A stretch of DNA of 64,000 nt. Origin: Phoronis australis. Lineage: Eukaryota > Animalia > Phoronida. The stretch is taken from the NCBI GenBank assembly GCA_002633005.1, contig NMRA01000011.1:691370-755369 (forward strand). Direction: 5' to 3'. Shown piece by piece: positions 38,821 through 51,543 of this stretch. The notes below the pieces were generated by a model, which did no database searches, had not been told where the DNA came from, and was given only the letters and a program-made list of their open reading frames with translations. A program made the position numbers and the translations under genes. Numbering within the stretch: the first letter of the stretch is position 1; each line of letters begins with the position of its first letter.

Positions 38821-40499
38821 TGTCCATATTCTCTGACAATAAGGGCCTTGTAAATGCGCTAATAAAGCAATGCTGGTTTTGTTTTTGAAGTTCAAATTTA
38901 GTTCAAGTCCAAACGTTTCTGTACACTGAGCATCACTGGACTCGACCCAAGGTAATTTCAATTCCATCAACAAATTCAGTATAGTTTTATTTTGTGAGTG
39001 AAAATGTGACCATTGTAAGAGTAAGAATGTGAATGTCTTTTTCATAAGGTAATTAAGTTATTTGTAAATTTGTTTGTTGTGAGCTGTGTCAAGGAGAATG
39101 TAAACTTTTAAGAAGTATAAATTGTTAATGTTTGTTATTGTTTATTAGAATTTTATTTTTTATTAACTTACATGTTATTTAATGCTGATTGTTTACAGCT
39201 CGCAACATGCAATTTGTCTTGAAGTTTAAAATAGTTTAAGATGCTCAAGTTTTCCATATGTACAGACCAACGCTGGACTCAAGTTAGAACAAATTTACAT
39301 TTCATAGGCAAATTCAGTGTTGTTTCATGTGAGTGAAAATCTGACTAAGAATGTGAATGTCTTTTTCATAAGGTAAATAAGGTGCTTGTAAATACGTGTG
39401 CTGTGAACTGTGTGAAGGAGAACGTCAAGTAGCATAGGTAGTTCATTGTTAATGTTTGTTATTGTCCATGGGAATTATAACTTAAGTTCAATTTCAATAA
39501 TCTTAATTTATTTACAGCTAATCTATTGGTTAATTTGCTCATTATAAAACTAGTTTTCAGGTTTGTTTAATCAGTTTTCTAGCATAGGCACTATACTATT
39601 CATTCACAATTTAAGGTCATACCATGCTAATGAATGTTTATGTTACCGCATGTTTCCTCTTACGTCATATTCACATCTTTTGTTTTTAATCTTTTTAGTA
39701 ATTATAATTATCTCAGGCCCTAGATATCTATGTTCTATTCTGGGAGGGGGGTTGTTTATTTGGAAGGTGATTATTGTTTTTAAGATATCGTCGCTGAATA
39801 CCAAACTCAAAACTCATTTACAACAGACACAGAACTTTACAAGTAACAAGTGAAAGCCATTGACAAAAACTGTATTATTATACAATGATAATGCCAGAAA
39901 TATCAAAAACAATGAAAGATGGGAAAGCAGAACATTTGACTCAATATTCCGTCAACTGCACCTCTTAGATTGTATTTATAACGCGAAACTAACAGTTTTC
40001 CTCGTATTGTGTTCGCTGAAGTGGGTAACAGTCTCCTTCATTAAATAATTACATAGATACTTTTGGTACTGCTTTCATAGATAAATCAATGGGTGTAAGG
40101 ATAGATGAGTGTCGTACAAAAAAACAATTTTCTTTAAATCTTAAACGGTTTTTAAAATATGACGTAAAACTTGAAAAATTAAGGAATTGCGATGCACTTT
40201 TCCAATCTTTGCAAGTTTGAGGTTTTTTTAAAAGTTAAAATTCATTATTTTTAAATCTTTCTAATCCGCAGCTAATTGTAATAATTTGTTATGCTCCACA
40301 GGTGACAGCTAATATACACAACAAGTTTCATCAATGTGACTGATCTACTTCAAGAGATACTGGTCCTTGAAGATGGTACCAGAACGCAAAATTGCGTCGT
40401 CACAAATGTGAATTTTTGCCATTCTTTATAATAAAAATATAACATCTCATGGTACAATCTTTGTTTTCTGTTGTTCACCTACATGAGAAGTACTTCCTA

Positions 40500-40730
40500 T
40501 ATAGTTTTAAGGTAATAATTACTTTTACTTTCTCTAATACAGGTGCTCAAACATGCTATTTTTGGGTCTCGAAATTTTCGAGGCTCATTTGCTGAATAAA
40601 GGGCCTTTTTTGAGGGTGGAAACTCAAAATATCTCGAAAAAGAGATAAGCAAATGGCAGGTGAAAAGCAATCATTTTAGAGTACCTTTGACTGATTCTGA
40701 TTAAATTCGTATTGTGGTTTGCTCACCCTA
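40500..40730. mobile_element. Probable right end of the hAT-like element
   Basis: Ends in GCTCACCCTA (reverse complement TAGGGTGAGC), a hAT-type terminus. The matching left TIR was not found. Confidence 0.4.
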
Positions 40731-41039
40731 CTGACGGTGTATGAGAAGCAACACCTCGGCATTGGTATTTATTCTGTAAACCAAGTCTGCCTGAGTGACA
40801 CAGTGCTCACAACTCGCTTAAGTTATACCACCGAGGTTGTGAAATTTGAGTCTAATACTGGAATAAAACTTACTAAGAGATTGTTTATGTTCATCTAGTT
40901 TAAACACACCGGTTGGCCTCGTCCTTGGTTGAACCATGCCATGGAGAACTGCATGTTAGATACATGTACGTTCAGCGGACTACAATGTTAATGGAGACTG
41001 CATGCGAGAAATTATCCCAGCGTGCAGATTTCAATCACT

Positions 41040-43265
41040 ATGCTTTACTATTGTTGTGTGCCGGGATGCAAATCATCGGCATGCGGCCACAAGTTTCCAA
41101 AAGATACCAGATTACAAGAAGCATGGAGAGTTGCAGTCAAAAGAGTACACGAAGGCACGAAAAGTCTTTGGATGCCAAAGCCCCATGACCGCGCGTTTGC
41201 TCCAAATATTTCCAGGAGAGCGACTACATAAAGACGTTACTTGGTAAGGTTTTAGAAATTAGTTTTCAGTAACATCATCTATATCGTCCAAGAATATCAT
41301 CGCTACCAGTTTATATCACTAAATGATTGGTTTTGTTCAGTGGAACCAACTGGATTCTTTTCAAAATCTTATCGGGGGCTCAGATGGTAGGTAAGTGCCT
41401 CCTGCATTAGTTCGTATTTGTCTCCCAATACCACAACAGAAAAGGTAACGGGAAGAATCCAAGGGCCAGTTTTTCACAACAGTTACTCTACAAGAAGATG
41501 CAATTTCCAACAAGATTCTAGATGGGTGAGTATATAATATCCCCGACTCTCCAAAAAAACAAGTAACCCCCCTAGCATTAGCTGATTAATTACCAAATTA
41601 ACGTCAGTGAGGTTTTCGATACCTTCCTAACGTCGTTGACATTGTATTGGAATTAATACGGACCCCTTGAATGAATTTATTTGTAGGAATGGACACATAC
41701 TTTAAAAGGTGTCATTAAAACTGCACATTCTGAATCCACTTCACCCTGTTCATTATATTTTGATTAATTTAAATTTATTTATACCATATATCTATAAGGC
41801 TTGTGCATAAAGATTGGTAAAGGCTTTTTTGTCATCAAAGAGGTTGCTTTTATTTTGGGAGACTAGAGGCTTTTGATTAGTTTCTACCCGTGAACATGAA
41901 GAAAAATGTCAGTAATAAAATAATCATGAGTGTAGCAAACGTTTATTGTGATACAAAAGCACTGAATTGTTACCTGTGTTTTATTTTGGTAATATTTCTC
42001 CATAAATCCAATTACAGGTGAGAGAAACCGACTTAAACCAGATACAGTCCCATCTATTTTTCCTTTTCATAAAGCCAAATCTCCTTCAGCAATATCCCGA
42101 GATAACCCTATGGCAAAGCGAAGCCTTATGTCTGAGTGCGCCTTCGGACATCCCTGATTGTGGACAAGAGGTAGAAGCGAGTACTCATGACTGATTAATG
42201 CAAAATTGGGATTGCATGTACTTTTTTAGTGCCATACATACACTAAGGGGAATTCAACGAAAAGACAACATGATTACAATTATTACACTTCAATCTGAAT
42301 AAATAATTTTTGCAATATCATTAAAAAATCAATTCATAAATTTTGTTCAACTCATATCTTCAACAGTGCCTAACATATCTTCTAGGTGATAACAGCCACT
42401 TCTAGTATTGAGAGAGTGACTGGTGAAGATGAGGACACTGGTCCACCAATGGACGAAGGTGTTCAGAGTGAAATCATCGCAACTTCTACCATTAAACAAA
42501 GTATTATGCTTCACACAAATGACCCAAAATCCGTAAAGTACTTGACCGGTTTTAATCACTTTCGCCATTTTATGCTTTTTTCAACTGCCTGGGTGAAGCA
42601 GCCCACAACTTAAATGTGACATGGAGCAGTCTGTCACAGGAAGACCAGTGTTTCCTAACGCTGATAAAGTTGCGTCAGGCATTTGATGATTTTTATCTTC
42701 CGTTGTTGTTTAAAGTTTCTGTGTCAGCTGTTTCAGAAAAAGTGAACACTTGGATAAATTTTATGTATTTCCAATTGAGTAATTGAATATTTGCCAGATA
42801 AGCGCATCGTTCAAAATTCCATGACAAAAAGTTTCAAGAAGCAATATCCAACAAGAGTGATTCTAGATGCCATTGAGATACCAATAAATGGATGACCAGA
42901 GCGTCCCATTGTCTAGGTATAAAAACAAGAGCACGTTGAAAACCATCATAGGATGTAGCCCAAGAGGACTACTTACATTTGTCAGTGACTCCTATGGGGG
43001 AAGTGCAAGCGACCGTCAGATAATAGAGCGTTCAGATTTATGTTCAAAAGAATAAGTTGAAAGTGGCGACTGTATTATGGCAAACAGAGGTTTAATGATT
43101 CAAGATATAATGGTCAACAAGGAAGTATTGGTCAACACACCATCAATGCTTAAAGGAAGAAGCCAACTGGGTGCCATCACTGTCACCAAGGACCCACGAA
43201 TTACCTCAGAAGCTGGTTCGTGTTGAGCGAGTCAATGGGTTAGGCAATACATTCAAAATTAATTT
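41040..43265 (+). pseudogene. ISL2EU/Harbinger-type THAP-HTH-DDE transposase pseudogene
   Basis: THAP exon MLYYCCVPGC...HKFPKD...AW (41040-41243), exon 2 at 42018 RLKPDTVPSIF, HTH LSQEDQCFLTLIKLRQ, and DDE motifs VILDAIEIPI, YKNKSTLK, SYGGSASDRQI, IMANRG, VRVERV. Confidence 0.85.
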
Positions 43266-44201
43266 CTTTAGTTACAATGCACACCCAGATCGTTACACTG
43301 CCTTTACTCTGGCAAATGAACTCTGGTGACACGCACGTCTTCGCTCACTCACACACACGCAGACGAACTTCAAAACAAACGTCACGTGACAACAACATGT
43401 GTGTTCGTCCAGGAATTCTCTCGTGTTGCGGGGAACGATCTAGCGCAGATTTGTTGTGAAGTTAATCCCGACTCCACAAAAACTTAAAAATCTTGGGGAC
43501 GCTATTTGGAAAACTTAAGGAGGACTTCAGGTAATTTGTTGAGTCGAAACTATATTTTTATTCAAGGATTCAAGTTACCCTATCGACGATCGCGTGGTAG
43601 CGACGCATAAGTCGGCGAGTTTTCGCCCTGGTATTTCAGAACAATTTTCTGAAAAATGATCGTAATATAACAAAGAAGTTTGATAGCATGAACCACAATT
43701 TTGTAGCAAGTCCGTCATAGGTTACAGATGCGTCAAAGAGCGTAAATTTGATGAATCCTAGCTTAAGATTTTCACCCGTTCGGAGACGCTTTAAGCCATA
43801 ATATGCGCCCCCCATTTTGAAACGAATTTTTCTAAGCGCCCTGGGGGCTTATTATGAAATTGTTAACTTGACCTCACGAGAGAAAGCGACTTACACTGTA
43901 GTAGACGTTTCCCGATGATACTTTCGCCAGGAACTGTTTAAAAGATATTTTGACGAGGTTTCGCGATTCATGCCTCTTTAAGAATATTGCTTTCCACTTT
44001 TTTAGCAATAAACAGTACCATTGTTTTTAACAATGTAGTTCATTTGAATAGATGTTCCTTATTCAGATTGCCCAATCTTCAATGGTAACACCTGTACATT
44101 TGGTTCCTACAGTATGTACCACCAGAATCACATTTTAATTCAAACTACTGCGAATAACAATGGTGTTCTATTCAGACCCCTATTCAATACACTTGTTTTC
44201 G

Positions 44202-44391
44202 GCCTTTTGTTGTTTGTCTGGAATCACGCGGTAATGCAATATGGCACGAAAAGGCAGATTCATAAATCATTTGACGGGCTTACATGTGCGTGATTGAACT
44301 CGCGTTTCCTTATTTTACTAAGGCTTTGCCAGGACTATCTGGTTAGCCCAATACGTCTAAAATAACAAAATTCCGTTGACGTTGGGCTTTA
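44202..44391. repeat. Interspersed repeat, second copy at 57728-57878
   Basis: Shared TGGCACGAAAAGGCAG...AGGACTATCTGGTTAGCC...GGCTTTAA. Confidence 0.75.
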
Positions 44392-44463
44392 AATACACTG
44401 ATTATTATTTATTCCTGAGTGTTGTGCTACTGCTGTAATAGCATATTTTTATCATGCTAGCTA

Positions 44464-44594
44464 CAAGGGCAGATCCAGGATTTTTAGTTAGGGGGAACCA
44501 GGGCAGAGTATTAGCCAGGAATTTTCCCGTCAAACATTCGCACCTCCGAATTGCCACATGGAATCTGGGACTTTTTGGGGGGGGCATGCCACTG
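44464..44594. mobile_element. hAT5-like MITE with 5 bp TSD
   Basis: CAAGGGCAGATCC...GCCACTG flanked by AGCTA/AGTTA. It shares GCCACATGGAATCTGGGA with 49072-49226. Confidence 0.65.
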
Positions 44595-44761
44595 AGTTAT
44601 AGAGACATGGTTTACTTACACGTGGAGCTGTTTCTAATATAAGTTTACACAAAACTTACTTCTGACAATACGGTGGCCTGCATTTTGTCGGGATTTGGAT
44701 CAGCGACTTTGCTAAACTCACATCCGTGATTGAATACATTGAACGCTCGTAGAAACGTTAA

Positions 44762-45322
44762 AGGAGAATGCCACCCGATTTAATTAGTCTTTTTTACCGT
44801 CTTAATCGGTTTATATCCACATCGCCTCTTATACGGTCGACCTCACCTTGCCGAGAGGTGAGAAGCGACGCAGCGACGTCAGTGGTTCGTCTGCAGAGTG
44901 AATGCCGCTATATTGCGGTGTAGGACTATCGGTTCCCGCTTGTCCGAACTATGAAGCTGCGAAGAAAGCGGGTATATCGTTTTTTTCGACTTCTTCGAGA
45001 GTCTGAAATGTTTAGGAAGTGGCTTGGGGTAGTGAAGAATGAAAGGTATGCTGTTAGTAGCAAGTATGAGGCCGTGAAACATCTCCGTGTCTGTGGCCGG
45101 CATTTCGTCAGTCGACAGTGATTTCTCTGACGAATTCCGGCTTACCAAAGACCTATACATACGTTCCGTTGCCTATGCATGTTCACGGCACCTCTCTAGT
45201 ATTTCTTGATCAGTGTATTCCGGTTCGAACTGATAGCCTGTGAAACCTAACGATCCGACCCGTGAAGTCTTCGTCGGATGAGCTCTTGACTAAGTCGGGA
45301 TTGGCGGAAGGCGAGTTGCCAT
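44762..45322 (-). mobile_element. Possible Kolobok-like remnant
   Basis: TTAA|AGG terminus at 44758-44764. The minus-strand peptide GYQFEPEYTDQE resembles the N-terminus of Kolobok accessory proteins. Confidence 0.35.
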
Positions 45323-45358
45323 GTAGACGTTTATTATTCTGCCTTCTCTTTCAAAATG

Positions 45359-47882
45359 AACTAGAAAGATTATTGTCAGGGCGTGCTTATTGCTGGAATT
45401 GCTTTGGAAAGTTATTGACAACAACCCGTTTACAAATATGAAAAATAATTCTATAAAACTATAGGAGAAATACATGTTGATAATTTGATGACCTTTGCAC
45501 TAATTGACCCTTGCCAATGCATTACGAGCCCAGATTAGGGAAGGAATGTAAACTCGATGAAAAGTGTGGTTAGTGCTAAGAATCAGAGATGTATTACTTT
45601 AAGCACTGAATGAATTGGTCAATATTTGAGAAGAAAAATGCACCTAATGACCCCATGTTTGCACCAAATGACCTGGGACTTTATAATTGAAACTTAATTG
45701 CATTTATTAAACAGATATGCAATTTTGAAGTCTCTAGTTCAAAAATTTAGTTTGCACTCTATGACCTTTAACCTATTTTTTCTGATTGGGTGGGCCTATT
45801 GGTTAGTAAAGTAGGGTGTTCGATTGGCATGTTGATTTACACCAGTGTGCTGAAATTGAAAGTAATTCCTTGAAAATTTAGGAGATATAACATTTTGGAC
45901 GTTAGCTGACCTCTGCACTAATTGACCCTATCCCGTGCATTATAAGCGTCTTTAGAATTATTGCAAAGCCCGTGAAAATTTTATATAAAGCTGAGAACAT
46001 TTGTTGTCTAACGGTTGAAACATCATATTTGGTGAATAAAAAGGGCAAATTTTCAGAAGAAAAATGGACCTAATGTCCCCATGGTTACACTAAATGACCT
46101 GAAACTTTGAATTTCAAATTGAATTCGACGTACCAATCAGACTTCTGAATTTGAAGTGTGTAGCTCAAAATTTTAGTTTGCGCCTAATGACCTTTGACCT
46201 GTTTTATCTGATTGGGTGATTCGATTACTTAGAAAAGTATTTTTTTAAATTGCCTTATTGACTTAAACCTGTGCACTGAATTTGAAAAGAATAGCTTTAA
46301 AAATGAAGAAAAAGCATTTTGAAAATTACATGACCTTTGCACCAAATGACCTCTTCTGGTACATTATGGAATATGATTATATAATGAATCAAAATTCATG
46401 TACTGCATAAAATCATATTTTAAATTTGAAGAACATACCTTTAACCTTTTTGGAGGAGTGTCAAAGTTGGTCGGAAGAATAAGAACTAGAAAGATTATAG
46501 TCACAGCGTGACAATAATGGGCTCTGAGCGTGCGTATTAAAGGAATTCTTATGGGAAGTTACTGACAGCAACCTGTTTACCAATATGAAAAAGCATTCTT
46601 TAAAATTGTAGGAGAAATTATATGTTAATATTTCGATGACCTTTCCTCTAATTGACCTCTTTCAGTGCATTAGGAGCCCCGATGAAGGAATACTTGTAAA
46701 CTCGATTAAAAGTGTGGTTAATGCCAAGAATCACAAATATTTACTTTAAGCACTTCAGAATACAACATGAATGAATTGGTCAAACTTTGCGAAGAAAAAT
46801 TCTCCTAATGATCCCATGGGTACACCAAAGGACCTGATAATTTAGAATTCAAACTCAATCGCATTTACTAAACAGATATGTAATTTTGAAGTCTATAGCT
46901 CAATATTTAAATTTGCACTCAATAACCTTCGACCTATTTTTCTGATTGGTTAGGCCTATTGCGTAGTAAAGTAAGGCGTTCGATCAGCATGTTGACTTAC
47001 ACCAGAAAGCTGAACTTGAAAAGAATTCGTTGAAAAATATAGGATATAACATTTTGAACGTTAGATGACCTTTGCACTAACTGACCCTATCCGGAGCATT
47101 ATAAGCGTGTTTAGGAGAATTATTTCATTCAAAGCCCGTGAAAATTGTGTTTAATGCTGAGAATCACAATTGTCTAACGGCTGATACATCAGAATACTTG
47201 GTGAATGAAAAGGGCAAATTTCTTTAACAAAAATGCATCTAATGACCCAAGGTTGCATTAAATGACCTGAAACTTTGTATTTCGAATTACATTAGACGTA
47301 CCACTCAGACTTGTGAATTTGAAGTGTCTAGCTCAAAATTCTAGTTTGCATTCAATGACCTTTGACCTATTTTCTCTAATTGGACGACCCTATTGCTTAG
47401 TAAAGTAGGGTATTTTATTGGCATGTAGCTTTACACCAATGTGCTGGAATTGAAGAGAATTCCTTGAAAAATGTAGGAGAAATAACCTTTTCAAAAGTAG
47501 ATGACCTTTGCACTAGTTGACCCTATCCAGTGCATTACAAGCCCTTTTAGTAGAACTATTGCAAAGTCCGTGAAAAGAATATTTAATGCTGAGAATCACA
47601 TTTGTTTAACGGCTGACACATCAGAATACTTGGTGGATGAAAAGGACAAATTTTCAGAAGAAAAATGCACCTAATGACCCCATGCTTGCACTAAAGGACC
47701 TGAAACTTTGTATTTGGAATTGAATTAGATTACCAATCAGACTTGTGAATTTCAAGTGACTAGCTCAAAATTTTAGTTTGCACCTAATGACCTTTGACCT
47801 GTTTTATCTGATTGGTTAGGCCTATTGCGAAGTAAAGTAGGAGCTACATCGCCTCTGGTTCGGGCCAACAGAGGCGATGGTC
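45359..47882. repeat. Helitron/HINE-like elements with an internal ~420-435 bp tandem repeat rich in TGACC doublets
   Basis: Two starts AACTAGAAAGATTAT (45359, 46484; CTAG|T on the minus strand). Unit landmarks at ~45489, 45908, 46331, 46637, 47066 and 47502. Confidence 0.65.
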
Positions 47883-48240
47883 AACCATCGCCTCTGTTGG
47901 CCCGAACCAGAGGCGATGCAGCTCGTATAGGCGCTCTATACGCTGGAAGCTTTTCGGCGAATTATGCCTCGCACCGACTAAACCATCAAAGTCACGTTGT
48001 TATAAATACCTTTTGCGCATAGAGGAACACCTTAGGAGGTTGTCGATATGTTTAATTTCTTCCAACACGAACAAATACTCCCGCTATCAAACTTTTTCTT
48101 CCAGCAGTCCCTATTTCAGTTCCCAAAATCGTGAACTCAACATTTTCACCAATGAGATAAATATAACTAGAGTTGACATCACGTGGTTTTCGTTGTGCGA
48201 AGTGGTCCGCCATCTTGCTGATGGGCGATAGTGGGGCGTC

Positions 48241-50186
48241 ATGCCCGTTTATTGTGTAGCATTTAACTGCAAAAATGCCAGGACAGAAGAGTCTAAGCAA
48301 CGAAATATCACATTTCATAGGTAATAGTGCCATGGTGCTTGTTATTGTTAGTGTTTGGTGTGCGCCACTGTGAATGAATGTTCACAAAATTGATTTATAA
48401 TGATGAACGATCTCAAGTTGCACTGGGCAGAAGTTGTGTATGCGGACCCTGAGACTGTCAGATGTTCTTTGAATTCGTTCTAAAATCACATTTCACAAGT
48501 AATTATGTCATCGTTAATGTTATGAAGACATAGCCAACTTAGCAAACCTCGGCGTGGGTCTGTTTGACTTAATATTTCCTAGCATGGATCCTGGTGACCT
48601 GGTGGGTGTGTAAAGCAGGGACTCCTAACCCCCTCGTCTGGCCTTATCACTCATTTGTTATGTCTTTTGTGTCTTTTCTATTTTTTCATATTTCTTGTGG
48701 TAGGTTTCCCAAGGATGAATCACTTCGAAAACAGTGGGCTCGCGCTGAACGGAGAAGCAAACCTGATGGCAGCGTGTGGGAACCAAGCTTGTACAGATTT
48801 TTGTGCTCCCAACACTTTTGTGATTCTGACTTTGATCGCACTGGGTGTACTGTTAGAATTCGACCTAATGCTGTACCTAAAGTCTTTTGATTTTCCTGCA
48901 CATCTACAGGTAAGTAGTGTAAGACTATGTGTTCGAATTTTGCTACAATATGTCATCTGTCGCTCTTACATTATATTTTATATTGGTGCTGTTGCTTTCA
49001 CTTAGTTTAAATCACATATTCCCATGAAGGGTCATTTGCCATAGTCATATGGCGAGACTGCTCATAACCTACAGGGGAGGATCCAGGATTTTGAGTTGGG
49101 GGGCAGGGCAGATTGTTAGCTAGGATATTGCCCCTTAAACATTTGCACCCCCGAACTGCCACATGGAATCTGGGAAAATTTTAGGGGGGCCGTGACCCCC
49201 TTGGCCCCCCTCTAAATCCGCCACTGACCTAGGTCCTGTCTTGAATATTGCAGAACAAGGAGTCACTTCCTAGATTGACCAGAAATAGTCAACAATCATC
49301 CTCTGACATCTCAGCTTACACTGGCCCTGCTACAGATAGTGATGACAGCACTGTACTTGTGTCACAGCTACGTATGACCTATAGTTCTTTTCTAGAAGCT
49401 GTTTAATTGCTTATGAACAGACCACATTATCAAAGCCAATAGTTACTGAAGTGCTGAGGTAAGACCATCAACTAAGAAAGTGTAGCAGCTTAGTTTTTAT
49501 CTCCAACTAAGCGAATCAATACACACACACGCACTCGCCTTGGTGGAAAAATTGGTATTAGTGTGTTATGTCCAACTGTTTGATTTTCGTCCAAAGAGGT
49601 ATTGTAAACAACAGTACATTGTGGTTGACTTGTCACCCTCTCTTTTAGGATCATGCCTACCAGCTGCCTACTGCTATAGAACTGAAGAGACGTCTTGACT
49701 TAGCCTATGAGAGCCGAGAAATGCTTCAGCACGACGTCAGGAATGTAAGGGCTCGAGAGAAACGAGCTAAACACAACCTGGAGGCTTTGTTGAATAATCT
49801 GAAGGAGCAAAGGCTTGTTAATGATGAACTGGTTGCCAAACTTGACATCATTCTCAGGTTAGCATTGCTTTTCAGGATATTACAATTCAATGACAAGTTA
49901 TCTCATATCTTCAACATATGTTACCAGAACGTATCTTTGTTGTCAAAGAGCCGTTTACCAGATGTTTAAGTCATATTAACCACTTGACCTCTAAAAGTCT
50001 TTGTCATTACAATTTTCTTCATTGTAGACATTCCGGTTGACTTGTTCAGCAGGCCAGTCCAGATGTATTCTGATGAACAACGAGACTTTGCCTTGACACT
50101 CTATTTCTATAGCCCTAAGGCATACGAATATTTAAGAAATGAAACAAACATAATTTCTATCCTTGCATATGCTACTTCGGCGGCAG
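48241..50186 (+). pseudogene. Spliced THAP9/P-element transposase N-terminal half
   Basis: Exons MPVYCVAFNC...ITFHR, FPKDESLRKQW...LCSQHF...AVPKVF (1 nt frameshift), a linker, DHAY plus coiled coil, and YSDEQRDFALTLYFYSPKAYEYLR. No catalytic domain follows. Confidence 0.88.
49072..49226. mobile_element. hAT5-like MITE in an intron of the P-element gene
   Basis: CAGGGGAGGATCC...ATCCGCCACTG with a 5 bp TSD ACCTA. Confidence 0.75.
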
Positions 50187-50204
50187 CAGTGTTTCAGGGA
50201 AATT

Positions 50205-50533
50205 CATTGGCGGATTTAGGGCGGTGCGCCCGGGCCGCGCTCCTCCCCGCCCTTGTCTGCCGAAAAAATAGAACATCAAGAGCGTCAGGAAATATTGAGT
50301 TTGTAAAGTAACCCCACTAATTAACATGCGGTTAAAACAAGATTTAACAATGTGTGCAGTTTTAGTTTATGTGCGTGTTCTAGTGTCAAATCACCGGCGC
50401 AATCGGTTTCCCATCTTTTTTTCGGAGCTCCCCAATTTTAGGCTGGGTGCGCCCACGCAATTGTGCTTTGTGCGATTCCCGCGGAGACAAAATGTTGGGC
50501 CCGCCCCCTTATGATATCCTAGATGCGCCTCTG
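50205..50533. mobile_element. hAT5-like MITE
   Basis: CATTGGCGGATTTAGG...CCTAGATGCGCCTCTG with a 5 bp TSD AAATT. Confidence 0.7.
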
Positions 50534-51543
50534 AAATTTCAGTTCAATTATTTTCAAAGTTGAGGGGAAGTTCATAAAATTTCCCGATGTATTAAATAGG
50601 ATCTCTTCAGGCTAAAGCTGACAAAAATTAACAGCATGTATACTTAGGGAATGCAATGGTCGATGGGAGTGTCTCCCCCAGCTGATCGTCCTATCCGGCT
50701 TGTAAACAACTAATAATCAAGTTCTGTACATTTATAAGGTTAGTTCAAACAAAATGTGTTAATGGCTAGATTCTCATGTGGCTATTAAAGGCATCGAGGT
50801 ATTTTTAAACTATTATAAAGTATATGCGTGGCAATTCGTAAACTGGCAAGAGATCCCAGGGCATTACGGCAGCTATTCACGGTCAAATAATTGGGAAATT
50901 ATTTTTTTCTCGGACTTATAATGACCGTTTAAGCAACGCAAGGGTCACGTATTTACGTTGCTTTATGTTACCAACACTGTAAAACCTCGTTAGTATTCAA
51001 AATTTCAAATTTTATTCTGAAAATTGCCCGGCTTCCATAAGGCCACCGTGCTTTTGTTTACAAATCGTCCATCATCAATATGGCGGACTGCGTGTCACGC
51101 GCTGTCTGGCTTGCGATTATAGTCGTGTCATCTCTATGTATATAGATCATGGATTTTCACTCGGTGCACGCCAAGAGATTCTTTTAACCAGGCCGAAGGT
51201 CAGAAGTTGCGGTCCTACCGGCGAACTTTGAAAGCTGAAGTTCCCACCCTTTACGTACGTGCTGCCGGTAACCAGCCGAGCATTTGTCGTGTTGTTAAAC
51301 ATTAAAATGTCAAATATGTGCACAAAGACTATTAAATGTCATATCAACAGCATGTATTTTTATCAAATACAAACAATAATTCATTGAAATACAATCAGTT
51401 TCAAGTAACGCAAATTAAATACAAGTATAAGTGGTGGCATTTTGGAAACGAACATTTGACTGACAAGACCGCAATGGCTCACCTTTGGCCTATTTAAAGA
51501 TTGAGGTCATGAAGTCACATCACCTAGCGAGCGCGGTAAAAAT

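Larger units (their letters stand above)
22438..39249. repeat. Large apparent tandem duplication (22438-32580 / 32582-39249) joined by a single n; the second copy lacks ~24124-27705
   Basis: Colinear copies of Gypsy pol and the hAT-like gene. In copy 2, ...AAAACGTT joins directly to TAAGTCGTTGTTTACGCG near 34275. Confidence 0.9.
48150..51152 (+). mobile_element. Internally deleted P-element (THAP9-like)
   Basis: 8 bp TSD ATTTTCAC (48142-48149 / 51153-51160), termini CAATGA / TCATGG, and subterminal inverted GTCCGCCAT.TTG.TGATGG.CGA. Confidence 0.85.
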
